Assembly: GCA_963628435.1 (NCBI GenBank)
Contig: CAVGEY010000009.1
Location: forward strand, 13,631 to 77,630
Source: a bacterium
GTDB lineage: Bacteria; Bacillota; Clostridia; Oscillospirales; CAG-272
Reading direction: 5' to 3'
Length of the DNA stretch: 64,000 nt
Shown here: piece by piece, positions 16,568-26,400 of the stretch
How positions within the stretch are numbered: the stretch's first letter is position 1
Layout of the letters: each line of letters begins with the position of its first letter
Notes under the pieces: generated by a model
Databases searched by the model: none
What the model saw: the letters and a program-made list of their open reading frames with translations, nothing else
Told to the model about the DNA's origin: nothing
Position numbers and translations under genes: made by a program

Positions 16568-17728
16568 GTGGATAATTCTACGACTACCGAGACTCTCCTC
16601 TATTCCGAGATAAATATTATATCGGTTTTGCTGATGGCGGTGATTGCGATAAGCGCAATCCGCACGGGCTCGATGATAAGAGAAAAAACAATGCTGTTTG
16701 TCGCGTCGGTAAGCTGTGCGGCTCTCGCCAACATCGCCGATCTTTTGTGGAATATCGGCAAACAAAACCTCGAAATGATTTCGACCGACAAAATGTGGAT
16801 AATTAACTTTATGTATTTCTTCTTTTTGTGCGGATGTACATATTGCTGGTTTCTTTATACGCAGACCGATTTGAACGGAAAAATCCCGTCAATGAAATTC
16901 TGCCTCTTTAACACCGTTCCTGTTTTTCTGCTTATCGCTCTTCTTGTAATTTCATATTTTAACGGATGTCTCTTCTATTTTGATGAGAATGGCTATCATC
17001 AGGGCCCGCTCTTCTTTCTTCAGCATGTTCTCGCTTATGTGTATGTTTTTTATGCGTCACTCGTGTGCTTAAGACATGCCATGCTGAGCGAAAACTACGC
17101 GCGTCGTGATGACCTGTTCGCAATGGCATCTTTTGTTCTTCCGCCGTTATTTTGCACCTTGCTTCAGCTTTTATTCCAGACCATACCGATTTTGGCGGTC
17201 GGAATCGTGATTTCTTTTCTGCTTGTGTTTATTCAGAATCTCGAGGGCATGGTTTCAAAAGATATGCTGACCGATATAGCGAACAGAAGGGAAATGCTCC
17301 GTTATCTTTCCGCAAAACTGAAAAATGTCGGCAGCGGAAAATCTCTCTATTTTATGTTTATCGACATCGATAACTTCAAAAAGCAGAATGATGAATACGG
17401 TCACGCCGAAGGCGACAGAGCGCTCGAGGCGCTTGCCGATGCTCTTAAGCAGCTCACTATCGAGACCGGCGGATTCTGCGCGCGTCTCGGCGGCGATGAA
17501 TTTGCGTTTGCCGTCGAATGTTCGAATGATGTCGAAGCCGAATCGGTAAAAAAACGTATGAATGATCTCGCCGATAAAAAATCGGACGAAATGAATTTGA
17601 AAATGAAACTGAGTATAAGTGTCGGATACGCGAAAAATACATCGGGCGGCGAAATCGCAAGCCTTATATCGAGTGCCGATGAGGCAATGTATGAAGAAAA
17701 AACCGCAAAAAAGACCCAAAGACTTTAA
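16568..17728 (+). CDS. membrane-bound diguanylate cyclase (multi-TM N-terminal sensor module plus GGDEF)
   Basis: 386 aa. About 6 TM helices, then a GGDEF domain with an intact RLGGDEFAF active site. The GTG start is uncertain. Confidence 0.85.
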   Translation: MDNSTTTETLLYSEINIISVLLMAVIAISAIRTGSMIREKTMLFVASVSCAALANIADLLWNIGKQNLEMISTDKMWIINFMYFFFLCGCTYCWFLYTQTDLNGKIPSMKFCLFNTVPVFLLIALLVISYFNGCLFYFDENGYHQGPLFFLQHVLAYVYVFYASLVCLRHAMLSENYARRDDLFAMASFVLPPLFCTLLQLLFQTIPILAVGIVISFLLVFIQNLEGMVSKDMLTDIANRREMLRYLSAKLKNVGSGKSLYFMFIDIDNFKKQNDEYGHAEGDRALEALADALKQLTIETGGFCARLGGDEFAFAVECSNDVEAESVKKRMNDLADKKSDEMNLKMKLSISVGYAKNTSGGEIASLISSADEAMYEEKTAKKTQRL

Positions 17729-17796
17729 TATTATTGATATTTTTGCGCAGAATGCGATAAAACATTGCGATTTGCTTAAAGAAGGGAAGTGAAGAT

Positions 17797-18888
17797 ATGC
17801 TTGATTTTTTTGCCGAAAATTACGTAACAACTGTAATGGCTGCGGTTGTTTTCCTGATCTTTGTCAGCGGAAGCAATGTGGAATCGCCGCGAATCAAGAA
17901 TAATTTTACTTACGCCACTTTTTCGCTCCTTCTGCTGATTTTAGCCGAAGTGATCGAAAATTATTTCGCAACATTCGATAAACCGACGACAATGCGCATA
18001 ATGATGTCGGCGATTGCCTATACCGCACGTCCCGCGATTATCTTTTTCATCACCATGATTCCCGCACAGACAAGATGGCCGCGCGCGTATAAACTGCTCG
18101 TTATACCGCTCGTTTTTGATGCGCTCGTCGCATTTTCCGCATTATTTACCGATATTGCCTATGGTTATACCGAGACAAACAGCTATTACAGAGGTCCGCT
18201 CGGGTTTACGACTTTTATTGTCGGCGCACTGTATCTTCTGCTTTTGACTTTCTTCTCACTCGATCATCTTCGCAATGGTGAGAAAGAGGAAAATATTATT
18301 TCGGTATCGGCAATGGTAATTGTCGGAATCGGCGTGTTTGTCGAATATAAATGGTCGATTGCCGGCTCTCTCCCCGCTCTCGCGATTTTCTGCCTCATCT
18401 TCTACTATGTCTATCTGCTTATCAGCAAATATTCAACCGATTATCTGACCGGTGCATATAACAGAAGCCGAATGTATAAAGAAGTGCAGTCGAGAAAAAA
18501 ATGCGAACGCTACTGCATTATTTTCGATATTAACGGACTTAAACAGATAAATGACCGTAAAGGTCATGCCTGCGGTGATGCCGCACTTCAGATGTTTTCA
18601 AAAGCGGTGCGTGACTGCCTGCCGTCCAGAGCGACATTTTATCGTATCGGCGGTGATGAGTTTACGGTTATTTATCGAACACCATCGGCTGATAAAGCCG
18701 CCGAACTTGCCGAGAAAATCGAAAAACAGGCAAAGAAATTGCCGTTCGGCGTGTCCTACGGCTATGCCAATTTTGTGAATTATTCCGATTTCGATAAAGC
18801 CTTCGGCGAGGCGGATACCATGCTTTATATGCGTAAAAAATCTTTCTGGAAAGAATATAATGAACATCACGCCGATAAAACAATCTGA
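17797..18888 (+). CDS. membrane-bound diguanylate cyclase (multi-TM N-terminal sensor module plus GGDEF)
   Basis: 363 aa. About 6 TM helices, then GGDEF with RIGGDEFTV. Confidence 0.85.
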   Translation: MLDFFAENYVTTVMAAVVFLIFVSGSNVESPRIKNNFTYATFSLLLLILAEVIENYFATFDKPTTMRIMMSAIAYTARPAIIFFITMIPAQTRWPRAYKLLVIPLVFDALVAFSALFTDIAYGYTETNSYYRGPLGFTTFIVGALYLLLLTFFSLDHLRNGEKEENIISVSAMVIVGIGVFVEYKWSIAGSLPALAIFCLIFYYVYLLISKYSTDYLTGAYNRSRMYKEVQSRKKCERYCIIFDINGLKQINDRKGHACGDAALQMFSKAVRDCLPSRATFYRIGGDEFTVIYRTPSADKAAELAEKIEKQAKKLPFGVSYGYANFVNYSDFDKAFGEADTMLYMRKKSFWKEYNEHHADKTI

Positions 18889-18900
18889 TTATCAACAGAA

Positions 18901-18940
18901 AACCTCCGATTTCATCAGAAATCGGAGGTTTATTTTGTTT
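18901..18940. terminator. bidirectional rho-independent terminator between convergent genes
   Basis: AACCTCCGATTTC, loop atca, GAAATCGGAGGTT (13-bp stem), followed by TATTTTGTTT. An A-rich 5' flank serves the minus strand. Confidence 0.8.
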
Positions 18941-18967
18941 AACCGCGATTTTCCGCCGAACTCTCGG

Positions 18968-20923
18968 TCAGCTGTCGCGCAGATTGTTTTGAATAGTGCG
19001 TGTTTCGTACCATTCGATAAGTTCCTTTTCGTCCATAGGCCTTGCATAGTAGAATCCCTGAATGCGGTCGACATTGCATCCGAGTACGGTTTCGGCCATT
19101 TCGGCTGTCTCAACGCCCTCGGCGACCACACTCTGACCGATGTTGTGGAACATCGGAACTATGTGCTGCTTGATGATTTCGTGCTGCTTGCTGTTTTCTT
19201 CGAGCAGCAGTACAAGCGAGTGGTCGAGCTTAATCGATTCAAACGGAAGACTCAGCGCACGCGACAGATTCGAATATCCGATTCCGAAATCGTCGAGCAT
19301 AAATCTGTATCCGAGTTTTGACAGATGCTTAATCGCGTCAAGCACCGCATCGCCGTTTTCTTCGATGTCCCGTTCGGTTATCTCTATTTTGATTTGTCCC
19401 GGCTTTATGCGGTATCTCTGAAGAATTTTGTCGAATCTTTCGTCGAGTTTTTCTTCGATAACCTGTTTTATCGGAAGATTTATCGAAATTGCCTTTATTT
19501 CGCCTATCTTGCCGCTGCCAAGCAGGCTGCATACCTTGTCGAGGACAAATTCAACCATAAGATCGACAAGCCCCGTCTCTTCGGCAATCGGAATAAACTC
19601 GTTCGGTGAAATCAGATTGTCTTCGCTGTCGGTCATTCTGATAAGTGCCTCGCAAGACTCAAATTTGCCCGAGTGATGATAATATATCGGCTGATATAAA
19701 ACTCTGAATCGGTTTTCCTGCATCGCCGACCGCAGCGACCTGATGATGTATTCACGCCGCTCGTGACGGCAGAATGACTGAATGTTGAACGGCAGCTCCT
19801 CGATTCCGTCTGCCATTGCCGTGTGAGTTGAAATGCTCAGAAAACTTGTAATATCGTCGAATGACCACGGCTGCCCGCGGTATCGAAATTCTACCGCAGA
19901 AAATGTGATGTCAGTCTCGAAAATTCCGATCTGCCATTTCTTGCGCATACTGTTTGCAACCGTTTTGAGTCTTCGTTCGCATGTCTCGTCATCCGAATCG
20001 GGGTAGAGAAGCACAAATTCTTCGTCGGCGTGACGGAACGCCATTCCGCCGATTGCAAGACGGGAAGCCGCCTCTCCGATTTTGAAGAGCAGAGCATCGC
20101 CGCCCTCCTGTCCGTATTTGCGGTTGATTTCGGCAAGACAGCGAAGCCTTATCAGAATAACCTGATAGCTCTGCCTGCCGAGCGTTCTGTGCATCAACTC
20201 CGCAGTGAAGCAGTGACGGTTGTCAAGCCCCGTGATAAAATCTTTCGCCTCTCCGCTGCTGTAATAGCTGATGAAGATTATCAGATTCACGATTGCGGCG
20301 AGCGCTCCGTTTAGAAGCTGTTCGGGGTAAATCGTCTGATACAGAATGAGTACAATCGCTATCGGTGAGCCGACAAAGAGTACCCGCCTTGTCGCAACGC
20401 TTATGTTCTTTCGGTGAATGAAGAAGCAGACCAGCAGCAGCAGGACTTCGATAAGCGGAAGAATGTAACCGACAAAATTCAGCGGACCGCGCCGATAAAT
20501 CATATTATCGTCAAAACAGAATATCACTCCGCTGAACAGGTTGTAAACGAGCAGTGCGCAGAAACACAGGAAAATCGATGCGAGAATTATGCGCACGCCG
20601 TGCAGATATCGCTTGTTGTAGACGAATTCGAGAATCCGCAGAAAAACGTAGTAGACCATAACCGTAATCATGATCCAGCTTGAGAAAAAGTATAGCGTGT
20701 TGAGCGCCAGCGCAAGCGGTACCGAAAATCTGTCTATGTGTTCGATTACATCAACGGTTACGATGTTAAGCAGAATAGAAACCGCCGACATCGCAAGGCT
20801 TGCTATGTAGCAGTATCTCCTTGTCTTAAATCCGCGTACGGGTTTCGAACCACATAGAAACAGGGCGATAATCGCAATCAGAATGAGAGCAAAATATTCA
20901 CTTACAAGTGACCAATCATTCAT
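18968..20923 (-). CDS. membrane-bound c-di-GMP phosphodiesterase (multi-TM module, degenerate GGDEF, active-looking EAL)
   Basis: 651 aa. The GGDEF site is degenerate (FRHADEEFVLL). EAL-domain signatures are all present: EALIR, EITERD, DDFGIGYS, KLD, EGVE, QGFYYARP. Confidence 0.88.
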   Translation of the reverse strand: MNDWSLVSEYFALILIAIIALFLCGSKPVRGFKTRRYCYIASLAMSAVSILLNIVTVDVIEHIDRFSVPLALALNTLYFFSSWIMITVMVYYVFLRILEFVYNKRYLHGVRIILASIFLCFCALLVYNLFSGVIFCFDDNMIYRRGPLNFVGYILPLIEVLLLLVCFFIHRKNISVATRRVLFVGSPIAIVLILYQTIYPEQLLNGALAAIVNLIIFISYYSSGEAKDFITGLDNRHCFTAELMHRTLGRQSYQVILIRLRCLAEINRKYGQEGGDALLFKIGEAASRLAIGGMAFRHADEEFVLLYPDSDDETCERRLKTVANSMRKKWQIGIFETDITFSAVEFRYRGQPWSFDDITSFLSISTHTAMADGIEELPFNIQSFCRHERREYIIRSLRSAMQENRFRVLYQPIYYHHSGKFESCEALIRMTDSEDNLISPNEFIPIAEETGLVDLMVEFVLDKVCSLLGSGKIGEIKAISINLPIKQVIEEKLDERFDKILQRYRIKPGQIKIEITERDIEENGDAVLDAIKHLSKLGYRFMLDDFGIGYSNLSRALSLPFESIKLDHSLVLLLEENSKQHEIIKQHIVPMFHNIGQSVVAEGVETAEMAETVLGCNVDRIQGFYYARPMDEKELIEWYETRTIQNNLRDS

Positions 20924-21009
20924 AAGCCGTACCTCTTTTTTGTGAGGAAAATTTGTTCATAAAAGCCGCAATAAACCGAGAAATTCTCCGAAATGAGCCG
21001 TCTGACCGA

Positions 21010-21369
21010 TCAGCCTATCCCAATTTTTTTCAGCGACTCCAAAACCTTTTTGTATTCTTCCTCAAGTGAAGGGAATGCTTTTTTTGCATCATCGAGCGAA
21101 CCGCCTCTCAGCATTTCGGTAACCGATGACGCTTTCTCGTAAAGATTTTGCAGACCGAGATTCGCGCATACGCCTTTCAGCGTGTGAGCGGCACGGAAAG
21201 CGACCGATACATCGCCGTCATTAAGTGCTTTCTTAAGTTCGGAAAAGCTACCGTCGGACGGAAATTTCGACAGAAACATTTTTACAAGCGATGAGTTTCC
21301 GCCGAGCCTGCCGATAATGCTGCCGGCATCCGAGCCCGCCGATGCGAAAAACTGTTCAAGATTGTCCAT
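21010..21369 (-). CDS. Hpt (histidine phosphotransfer) domain protein
   Basis: Phospho-accepting motif AAHTLKGVCANLG. The start is set at MDNLEQ (ATG 21369), which is preceded by AAGGAG. The track ORF runs upstream to 21456 without an RBS. Confidence 0.8.
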   Translation of the reverse strand: MDNLEQFFASAGSDAGSIIGRLGGNSSLVKMFLSKFPSDGSFSELKKALNDGDVSVAFRAAHTLKGVCANLGLQNLYEKASSVTEMLRGGSLDDAKKAFPSLEEEYKKVLESLKKIGIG

Positions 21370-21654
21370 ATATTCGCACTCCTTTGAAAAAGATGTATAA
21401 TTATACATTACGTTTGCATTAACGGCCGTCGGATCTTGACCGCGTATTCTTAACATAAATATTATATAATATCCAATGCACGGCTGTCAACCCTTTATGT
21501 GAATTTTTTGCGAAAATATATAAAAAAACAAACTGCATAATTTCTCATAAATTTATATTTTACGGCAAAGCGGACTATTTTGTTGAATTTTATATCTGCA
21601 CAAAAAATATATTTCATTTTTATAAAATATTGTGAAAAAAAGCAAAAATAGGAC

Positions 21655-21682
21655 TTGTAATTTTTTTTTTTTATGTTAAAAT
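21655..21682 (+). promoter_or_regulatory. putative promoter of the solute-binding-protein / sensor kinase unit
   Basis: TTGTAA at 21655-60, a 16-nt spacer made largely of a T12 run, TG at 21674-75, and TAAAAT at 21677-82. Confidence 0.4.
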
Positions 21683-21763
21683 GAAAATGGTGCAGAAGAC
21701 AAAAAAGGCAAAACGCTCGGAACTCGGTTTTGCCGCACCGAATAATTAAAGGAGAAAATCACA

Positions 21764-23590
21764 ATGCTTAAAAAGATACTTGCAGTGCTTCTTGCAGCAG
21801 TCTGCCTTGTGTCGGTAATTTCCGGCTGTACGTCAACTCCCGAGGAAAAGAAGAAAGAAAAAGACGGCGGCAGCACCGAACACGAGCCGATAACCATAAT
21901 GGACGGTCAGCGCGACTATTCCGAACTTATCAAACTCGTAAAAGAAAAATACCCCGAAATAAACATCGAGATTATCCCCTACCGCGGCAGAAATATGTCC
22001 GCTTATATGAAACAGCAGCTTGAAACCGGTATCATGCCCGATATTTATTCGTCGACACAGGCATGGAGCGGCGATATACAAAAAGAAAATCTTATCGACC
22101 TTACGAAATACTCGGTGTCCGAATCCTATTCAAAGGCACGCCTCGGCGAGTATATGGTTGACGGCGGTGTCTATCTGCTTCCGTTTGACTATAAAATCAC
22201 CGGTATAACCTGCAATCAATCGCTCCTCGAACGCAATAATATCGCGGTGCCGACATCTTTCACCGAACTCTGCGATGTTACGATACCCGCGCTGAATGAA
22301 GCGGGCATAAATCTCTGCTATACGCTCTGCGACCTTCCCGGCACCACCTTCCAGTATTTCTTCTCCATAACCTCCGCAATGTATATGAATACAACATCGG
22401 GCAGAGCATGGAGAGAGAGCTTTACCGATGTTTCGTCGGATACCTACGCATCGGGCGACGCAAATCTTGCCGCCTGTGTTGATTATGTCCAAAAGTGGAT
22501 TGACTGCGGAATGCTCAATACCTCTCTCGGCAGAGATTCGTCGACGACTCTCGAGACAAAATTCAAAGAGGGCAATACCGCTTTCTATATCGGCTCAATC
22601 GTTGCCACAGCTCAGAATGACGACGGCACCGGCGATAAGTATTGCCTTATTCCTTTCCTCTCCGAGGACGGAATGACGAATAGCTATATCACCTCTCCGA
22701 ACCGCTTCTACGGACTGAATAAGGATCTTGAAAAAGAGGGCAACGAGCAGAAACTCGAGGACGCTCTTAAAGTTCTCGAAGTTATATCGAGCAATGAGGG
22801 CTATGTTGCGCTGAACGGCGAAAATTCGACTAATCTCTGCTCGATAACCGATTTCGAAATTTCCGATGACTCCTTCTATAAAGACGCCGTCGCAATGGTG
22901 TCGACAGGCCACTCGATGAACCTTGTCTACACGGGCTGGGAAAGCTATATGGTCGGCTACGGCGAATCGATTTATAACTGGATTAACGGCGACTGCGGCG
23001 GCGCGGATACGCTCGCCCTTCTCGATGACCTTAAACGCGATGTCAAGAAAAAAGGCGTAACCTATTACGCGACCGTTACCGAAGAGCTTGATACAGTTCA
23101 GGCGGCGCAGCTCTGCGGTCAGATGTTTATGGAAGCAACGGGCGCCGCTGCCGCGCTTATCTCCTATAATGTCTATAATCCCGAAATTCACGCGCTGATG
23201 GAAAACAGCTACGGCGCGAACGGCCATATTCTCCCCGGAAAGCTGACCGAGGAAAATATCACGATATTCCTGCCGACAGGCTGGTATGATACCCTTCTCA
23301 CCGCTGAATATACCGGCGAAAGGATAAAGGCGATGGCGGCTGACGGCGCCGATACCCGCGGTACGGGCTACCATTATCCTTATGTTTTCCTTACCGCCGA
23401 CGGAAATGAACTCGAAGATGATAAGACCTATAAAGTCGTAATCTGCGGCTATAATAAACCAGAAAAAGCAACTCTCGGACTTGTCGATACCGGCATAGTC
23501 GGACTTGACGCTGCGAAAGCCTATCTGAAAAAGGTCGGAGAAGTATCGTCTGAGACTCTCGATAACAGTCTTGTTCAGGAGATAGATTGA
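21764..23590 (+). CDS. extracellular solute-binding lipoprotein (sugar-type SBP, probably a sensor accessory)
   Basis: 608 aa. Signal peptide with lipobox VISGC|TS. Sequence resembles large family-1 SBPs. It sits directly upstream of a hybrid sensor kinase rather than ABC permeases. Confidence 0.7.
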   Translation: MLKKILAVLLAAVCLVSVISGCTSTPEEKKKEKDGGSTEHEPITIMDGQRDYSELIKLVKEKYPEINIEIIPYRGRNMSAYMKQQLETGIMPDIYSSTQAWSGDIQKENLIDLTKYSVSESYSKARLGEYMVDGGVYLLPFDYKITGITCNQSLLERNNIAVPTSFTELCDVTIPALNEAGINLCYTLCDLPGTTFQYFFSITSAMYMNTTSGRAWRESFTDVSSDTYASGDANLAACVDYVQKWIDCGMLNTSLGRDSSTTLETKFKEGNTAFYIGSIVATAQNDDGTGDKYCLIPFLSEDGMTNSYITSPNRFYGLNKDLEKEGNEQKLEDALKVLEVISSNEGYVALNGENSTNLCSITDFEISDDSFYKDAVAMVSTGHSMNLVYTGWESYMVGYGESIYNWINGDCGGADTLALLDDLKRDVKKKGVTYYATVTEELDTVQAAQLCGQMFMEATGAAAALISYNVYNPEIHALMENSYGANGHILPGKLTEENITIFLPTGWYDTLLTAEYTGERIKAMAADGADTRGTGYHYPYVFLTADGNELEDDKTYKVVICGYNKPEKATLGLVDTGIVGLDAAKAYLKKVGEVSSETLDNSLVQEID

Positions 23591-23653
23591 CAATATTTGT
23601 ACTCTCTGTCTTTCTGAAAACGGCAATTTCTGATACTCAAAGGAATTTGATTT

Positions 23654-26284
23654 ATGACATCGACGAATCGGAATATACATAAGCGCGAGAAAAAAGACTA
23701 TTTGCTGATAGTCGGTACAATCGTTCTGACACTTGCCATTCTTATCGCAAGCTTTTTTATATTCAATCATTTCACTGCGGCAAGAATATATGAAGAGTCG
23801 GTCTCTCAGCTTAAAGAGGTCGGAGCGCAGGCAGTCGAAAAACTCGGACTGCAGATGGATATCCAGTGGCTCTATCTCGAAAAAATCGAAACCGAAATAG
23901 GCGGCAGCGGAAATCTGACCGTTTCCGAGCTTGCCGAAGTTCTCGCTCACTATCAGACGGATTTGTGTCTGCCGGGCAAGACTCTGATGTTTCGCGCGAT
24001 TGACGAGGACGGCTACTACTATACAGGCGACGGAATGCAGGGAACATGGACGGGACTTGATAAGCTGACATCGGATGACCGCCAGTGCTTTCTTATCGCC
24101 AACTGGCTCGATAATGAGCAGTATATGGCGTTTACCGATATTCCCGAAGGCAGCCTGACAGTTAACGGAAAGAAAATCACTCATTTTGTCTGCCTGCGTT
24201 CAATGACCGATATGAAAAAATATTTCACACTGTCCGCCTACAAAAACAGCACAAACATATATATCGTTGATGCCGACGGCTCGATTCTCTTTGATGACGG
24301 CAGTCTCGACCTAAGTATTCGGGGTACGAATCTTTTCAAATCTCTTGGCGGTATAATATTCCCTCACAGCGGCTCGATTGATAAATTTCTTGAAACCGCC
24401 GCAGACGAAAAAATAGCCTGTACCGATATCAAAATCGGAGGCAACGGATTTTATATCTTCTATGACAGCTTGACCGAATATGAATGGGGAATGGTTGTAA
24501 TTGTTCCGAGTGAACTTGTCGCATCCACCACCTCCGAAATGGTCGATTCTCTGATGGCTGTGTTTGGCACGATTTCGCTGATTTTGGCGATTGCCGTACT
24601 TGGCGTTTTCTATTTCATATCCAATTTTTATGCAAACAAGAAATTGAATATAGAGCGTGAAAAGAACGAAATACGGCTTGAAGCTGCAAACAGCGACCTT
24701 ATAAAAGCCCGTGAAAGAGCAGAGAAAGCACTCGCGACCGCCGAATCGGCAACAAAGGCGAAGAGCCAGTTTCTCGCCAATATGTCGCACGATATCAGAA
24801 CGCCTATGAACGCGATTATCGGTCTGACAAAGCTGATGGAAAACGAAGTCGATGACCACGATAAAATGCTCTATTATATCGGCAAACTCAGACATTCGGG
24901 AAACTATATGCTGGGACTTATCAACGATATTCTCGATATGAGCAAAATCGAGTCCGGAGAGGTGCATCTTAATTTCGAGCCGGTAAAACTTGCCGAACAG
25001 GTCGGACAGCTCGAATCGATTATCCGATCGCAGTGTAACGAGAAAAATCACAAGTTCGCTGTTGTCGTTCATAAAATCACTCATGAATATCTTATAGGCG
25101 ACAGCGTGCGTCTGCGTCAGATATTCATAAATCTGCTCAATAACGCCGTAAAATACACACCCGACGGCGGAAATATCCGCATGGAGATTTCCGAACTGCC
25201 GTGCGATGTCCCGGGCTGTACGACAATTCTTACATCGGTTATCGATAACGGAATCGGAATGAGCGATGTTTTTGTCAAAAAAATGTTCGAGCCGTTTGCG
25301 CGCGCCGAAAGTTCGATTACCAATAAGGTGCAGGGAACCGGACTCGGAATGTCGATAACCAAAAATCTGGTTGACCTTATGGGCGGCAGCATAACCGTGC
25401 AGAGCGAACTCGGAAAGGGAAGCAGATTCGATGTTACGCTCACCTTCGAGATTGATAAATCCGCGGTTGATATGTCGAAAATAAAGAGTGCCATTCTCGT
25501 GTCCTCCGAAAATATGCTTGTCGATAATGTCAAAGCGGCGTTCAGCACCGAATCGGTCGATCTCCGAATCGCCGATTCTGTCGATAAAGCGATGTCAATG
25601 CTTGATGAACGCGACTGTGAAGCGGTGCTTCTGTCCGGCTATATCAGCGATGAAAAACTTGCCGATGTAGTGGCGGAACTGCGCGAACACGCCAAAGATG
25701 CCGCACTTATATTCTGCTGCGACTATGCTCACCGCGAACATATAAGACAGATACTTACAGACATTAAGATTGACGGATTTATATCAAGACCGTTCTTCCT
25801 CGAAAATCTCAATATCGCGGTCGATAACGCGAAAGGAAATAAAGCGGTCGATGACGGTGATAAACGTTCCCCGCTTAAAGGAAAACGCTTCCTCTGCGCC
25901 GAGGATAACGAGCTCAATGCCGAAATTCTCGAAGCACTTCTTAAAATGCAGGGTGCGTTCTGCACCATATATCCGACCGGCGTCGAAATTGTCGATGCAT
26001 TCGCAGATGTGAGAGAGGGCGACTATGACGCGATTCTTATGGACGTGCAGATGCCGAAAATGAACGGAATTGACGCAACCGTCGCAATCCGCGGCAGTGA
26101 TAATCCGCTCGGCAGAACGATTCCGATAATCGCCATGACCGCGAACGCGTTCAGCTCGGATGTTCAGGAATGTCTTGAGGCCGGCATGGATGCTCACCTC
26201 GCAAAACCCATCGATATTGTCGCACTGGAAAGAATTCTGCATGAAGTTACAAGCGAAATGCGGGGGGGTACAACTACCTTATAA
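23654..26284 (+). CDS. hybrid sensor histidine kinase (2 TM plus ~270-aa extracytoplasmic domain, HisKA, HATPase_c, receiver-like, REC)
   Basis: 876 aa. H-box is SHDIRTPMNAIIG. N, G1 and G2 boxes are NNAVKYTPDGG, DNGIGM and GTGLGMSI. The C-terminal REC carries DAILMDVQMPKMNG. Confidence 0.9.
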   Translation: MTSTNRNIHKREKKDYLLIVGTIVLTLAILIASFFIFNHFTAARIYEESVSQLKEVGAQAVEKLGLQMDIQWLYLEKIETEIGGSGNLTVSELAEVLAHYQTDLCLPGKTLMFRAIDEDGYYYTGDGMQGTWTGLDKLTSDDRQCFLIANWLDNEQYMAFTDIPEGSLTVNGKKITHFVCLRSMTDMKKYFTLSAYKNSTNIYIVDADGSILFDDGSLDLSIRGTNLFKSLGGIIFPHSGSIDKFLETAADEKIACTDIKIGGNGFYIFYDSLTEYEWGMVVIVPSELVASTTSEMVDSLMAVFGTISLILAIAVLGVFYFISNFYANKKLNIEREKNEIRLEAANSDLIKARERAEKALATAESATKAKSQFLANMSHDIRTPMNAIIGLTKLMENEVDDHDKMLYYIGKLRHSGNYMLGLINDILDMSKIESGEVHLNFEPVKLAEQVGQLESIIRSQCNEKNHKFAVVVHKITHEYLIGDSVRLRQIFINLLNNAVKYTPDGGNIRMEISELPCDVPGCTTILTSVIDNGIGMSDVFVKKMFEPFARAESSITNKVQGTGLGMSITKNLVDLMGGSITVQSELGKGSRFDVTLTFEIDKSAVDMSKIKSAILVSSENMLVDNVKAAFSTESVDLRIADSVDKAMSMLDERDCEAVLLSGYISDEKLADVVAELREHAKDAALIFCCDYAHREHIRQILTDIKIDGFISRPFFLENLNIAVDNAKGNKAVDDGDKRSPLKGKRFLCAEDNELNAEILEALLKMQGAFCTIYPTGVEIVDAFADVREGDYDAILMDVQMPKMNGIDATVAIRGSDNPLGRTIPIIAMTANAFSSDVQECLEAGMDAHLAKPIDIVALERILHEVTSEMRGGTTTL

Positions 26285-26348
26285 GAGGTAATAACGCCCG
26301 CTCTTAAAGCGAAATTAAAAAATATATATCCCTGTATGTAAAATAAAA

Positions 26349-26396
26349 TCACGCCGTATAAGACATTTTAATGTCTTATACGGCGTGAACTTTTTT
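26349..26396. terminator. bidirectional rho-independent terminator between convergent genes
   Basis: TCACGCCGTATAAGACAT, loop ttta, ATGTCTTATACGGCGTGA (18-bp perfect stem), followed by ACTTTTTT. The upstream flank is AAAATAAAA. Confidence 0.9.
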
Positions 26397-26400
26397 GAGC

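Noticed and set aside
21370-21456. 29-aa N-terminal extension of the Hpt ORF. Similar upstream extensions occur for adk (61404-61499), rplX (56318-56350), rpsH (57575-57595), the isomerase (30246-30278) and the 39440 ORF.
   Set aside because: In each case an internal ATG with a good Shine-Dalgarno sequence matches the conserved family N-terminus. The extensions lack an RBS.
22595-24184. 529-aa minus-strand ORF spanning the SBP / sensor kinase junction.
   Set aside because: It overlaps two well-supported plus-strand genes, including their intergenic region and RBS. It has no recognisable motifs. It is an antisense shadow.
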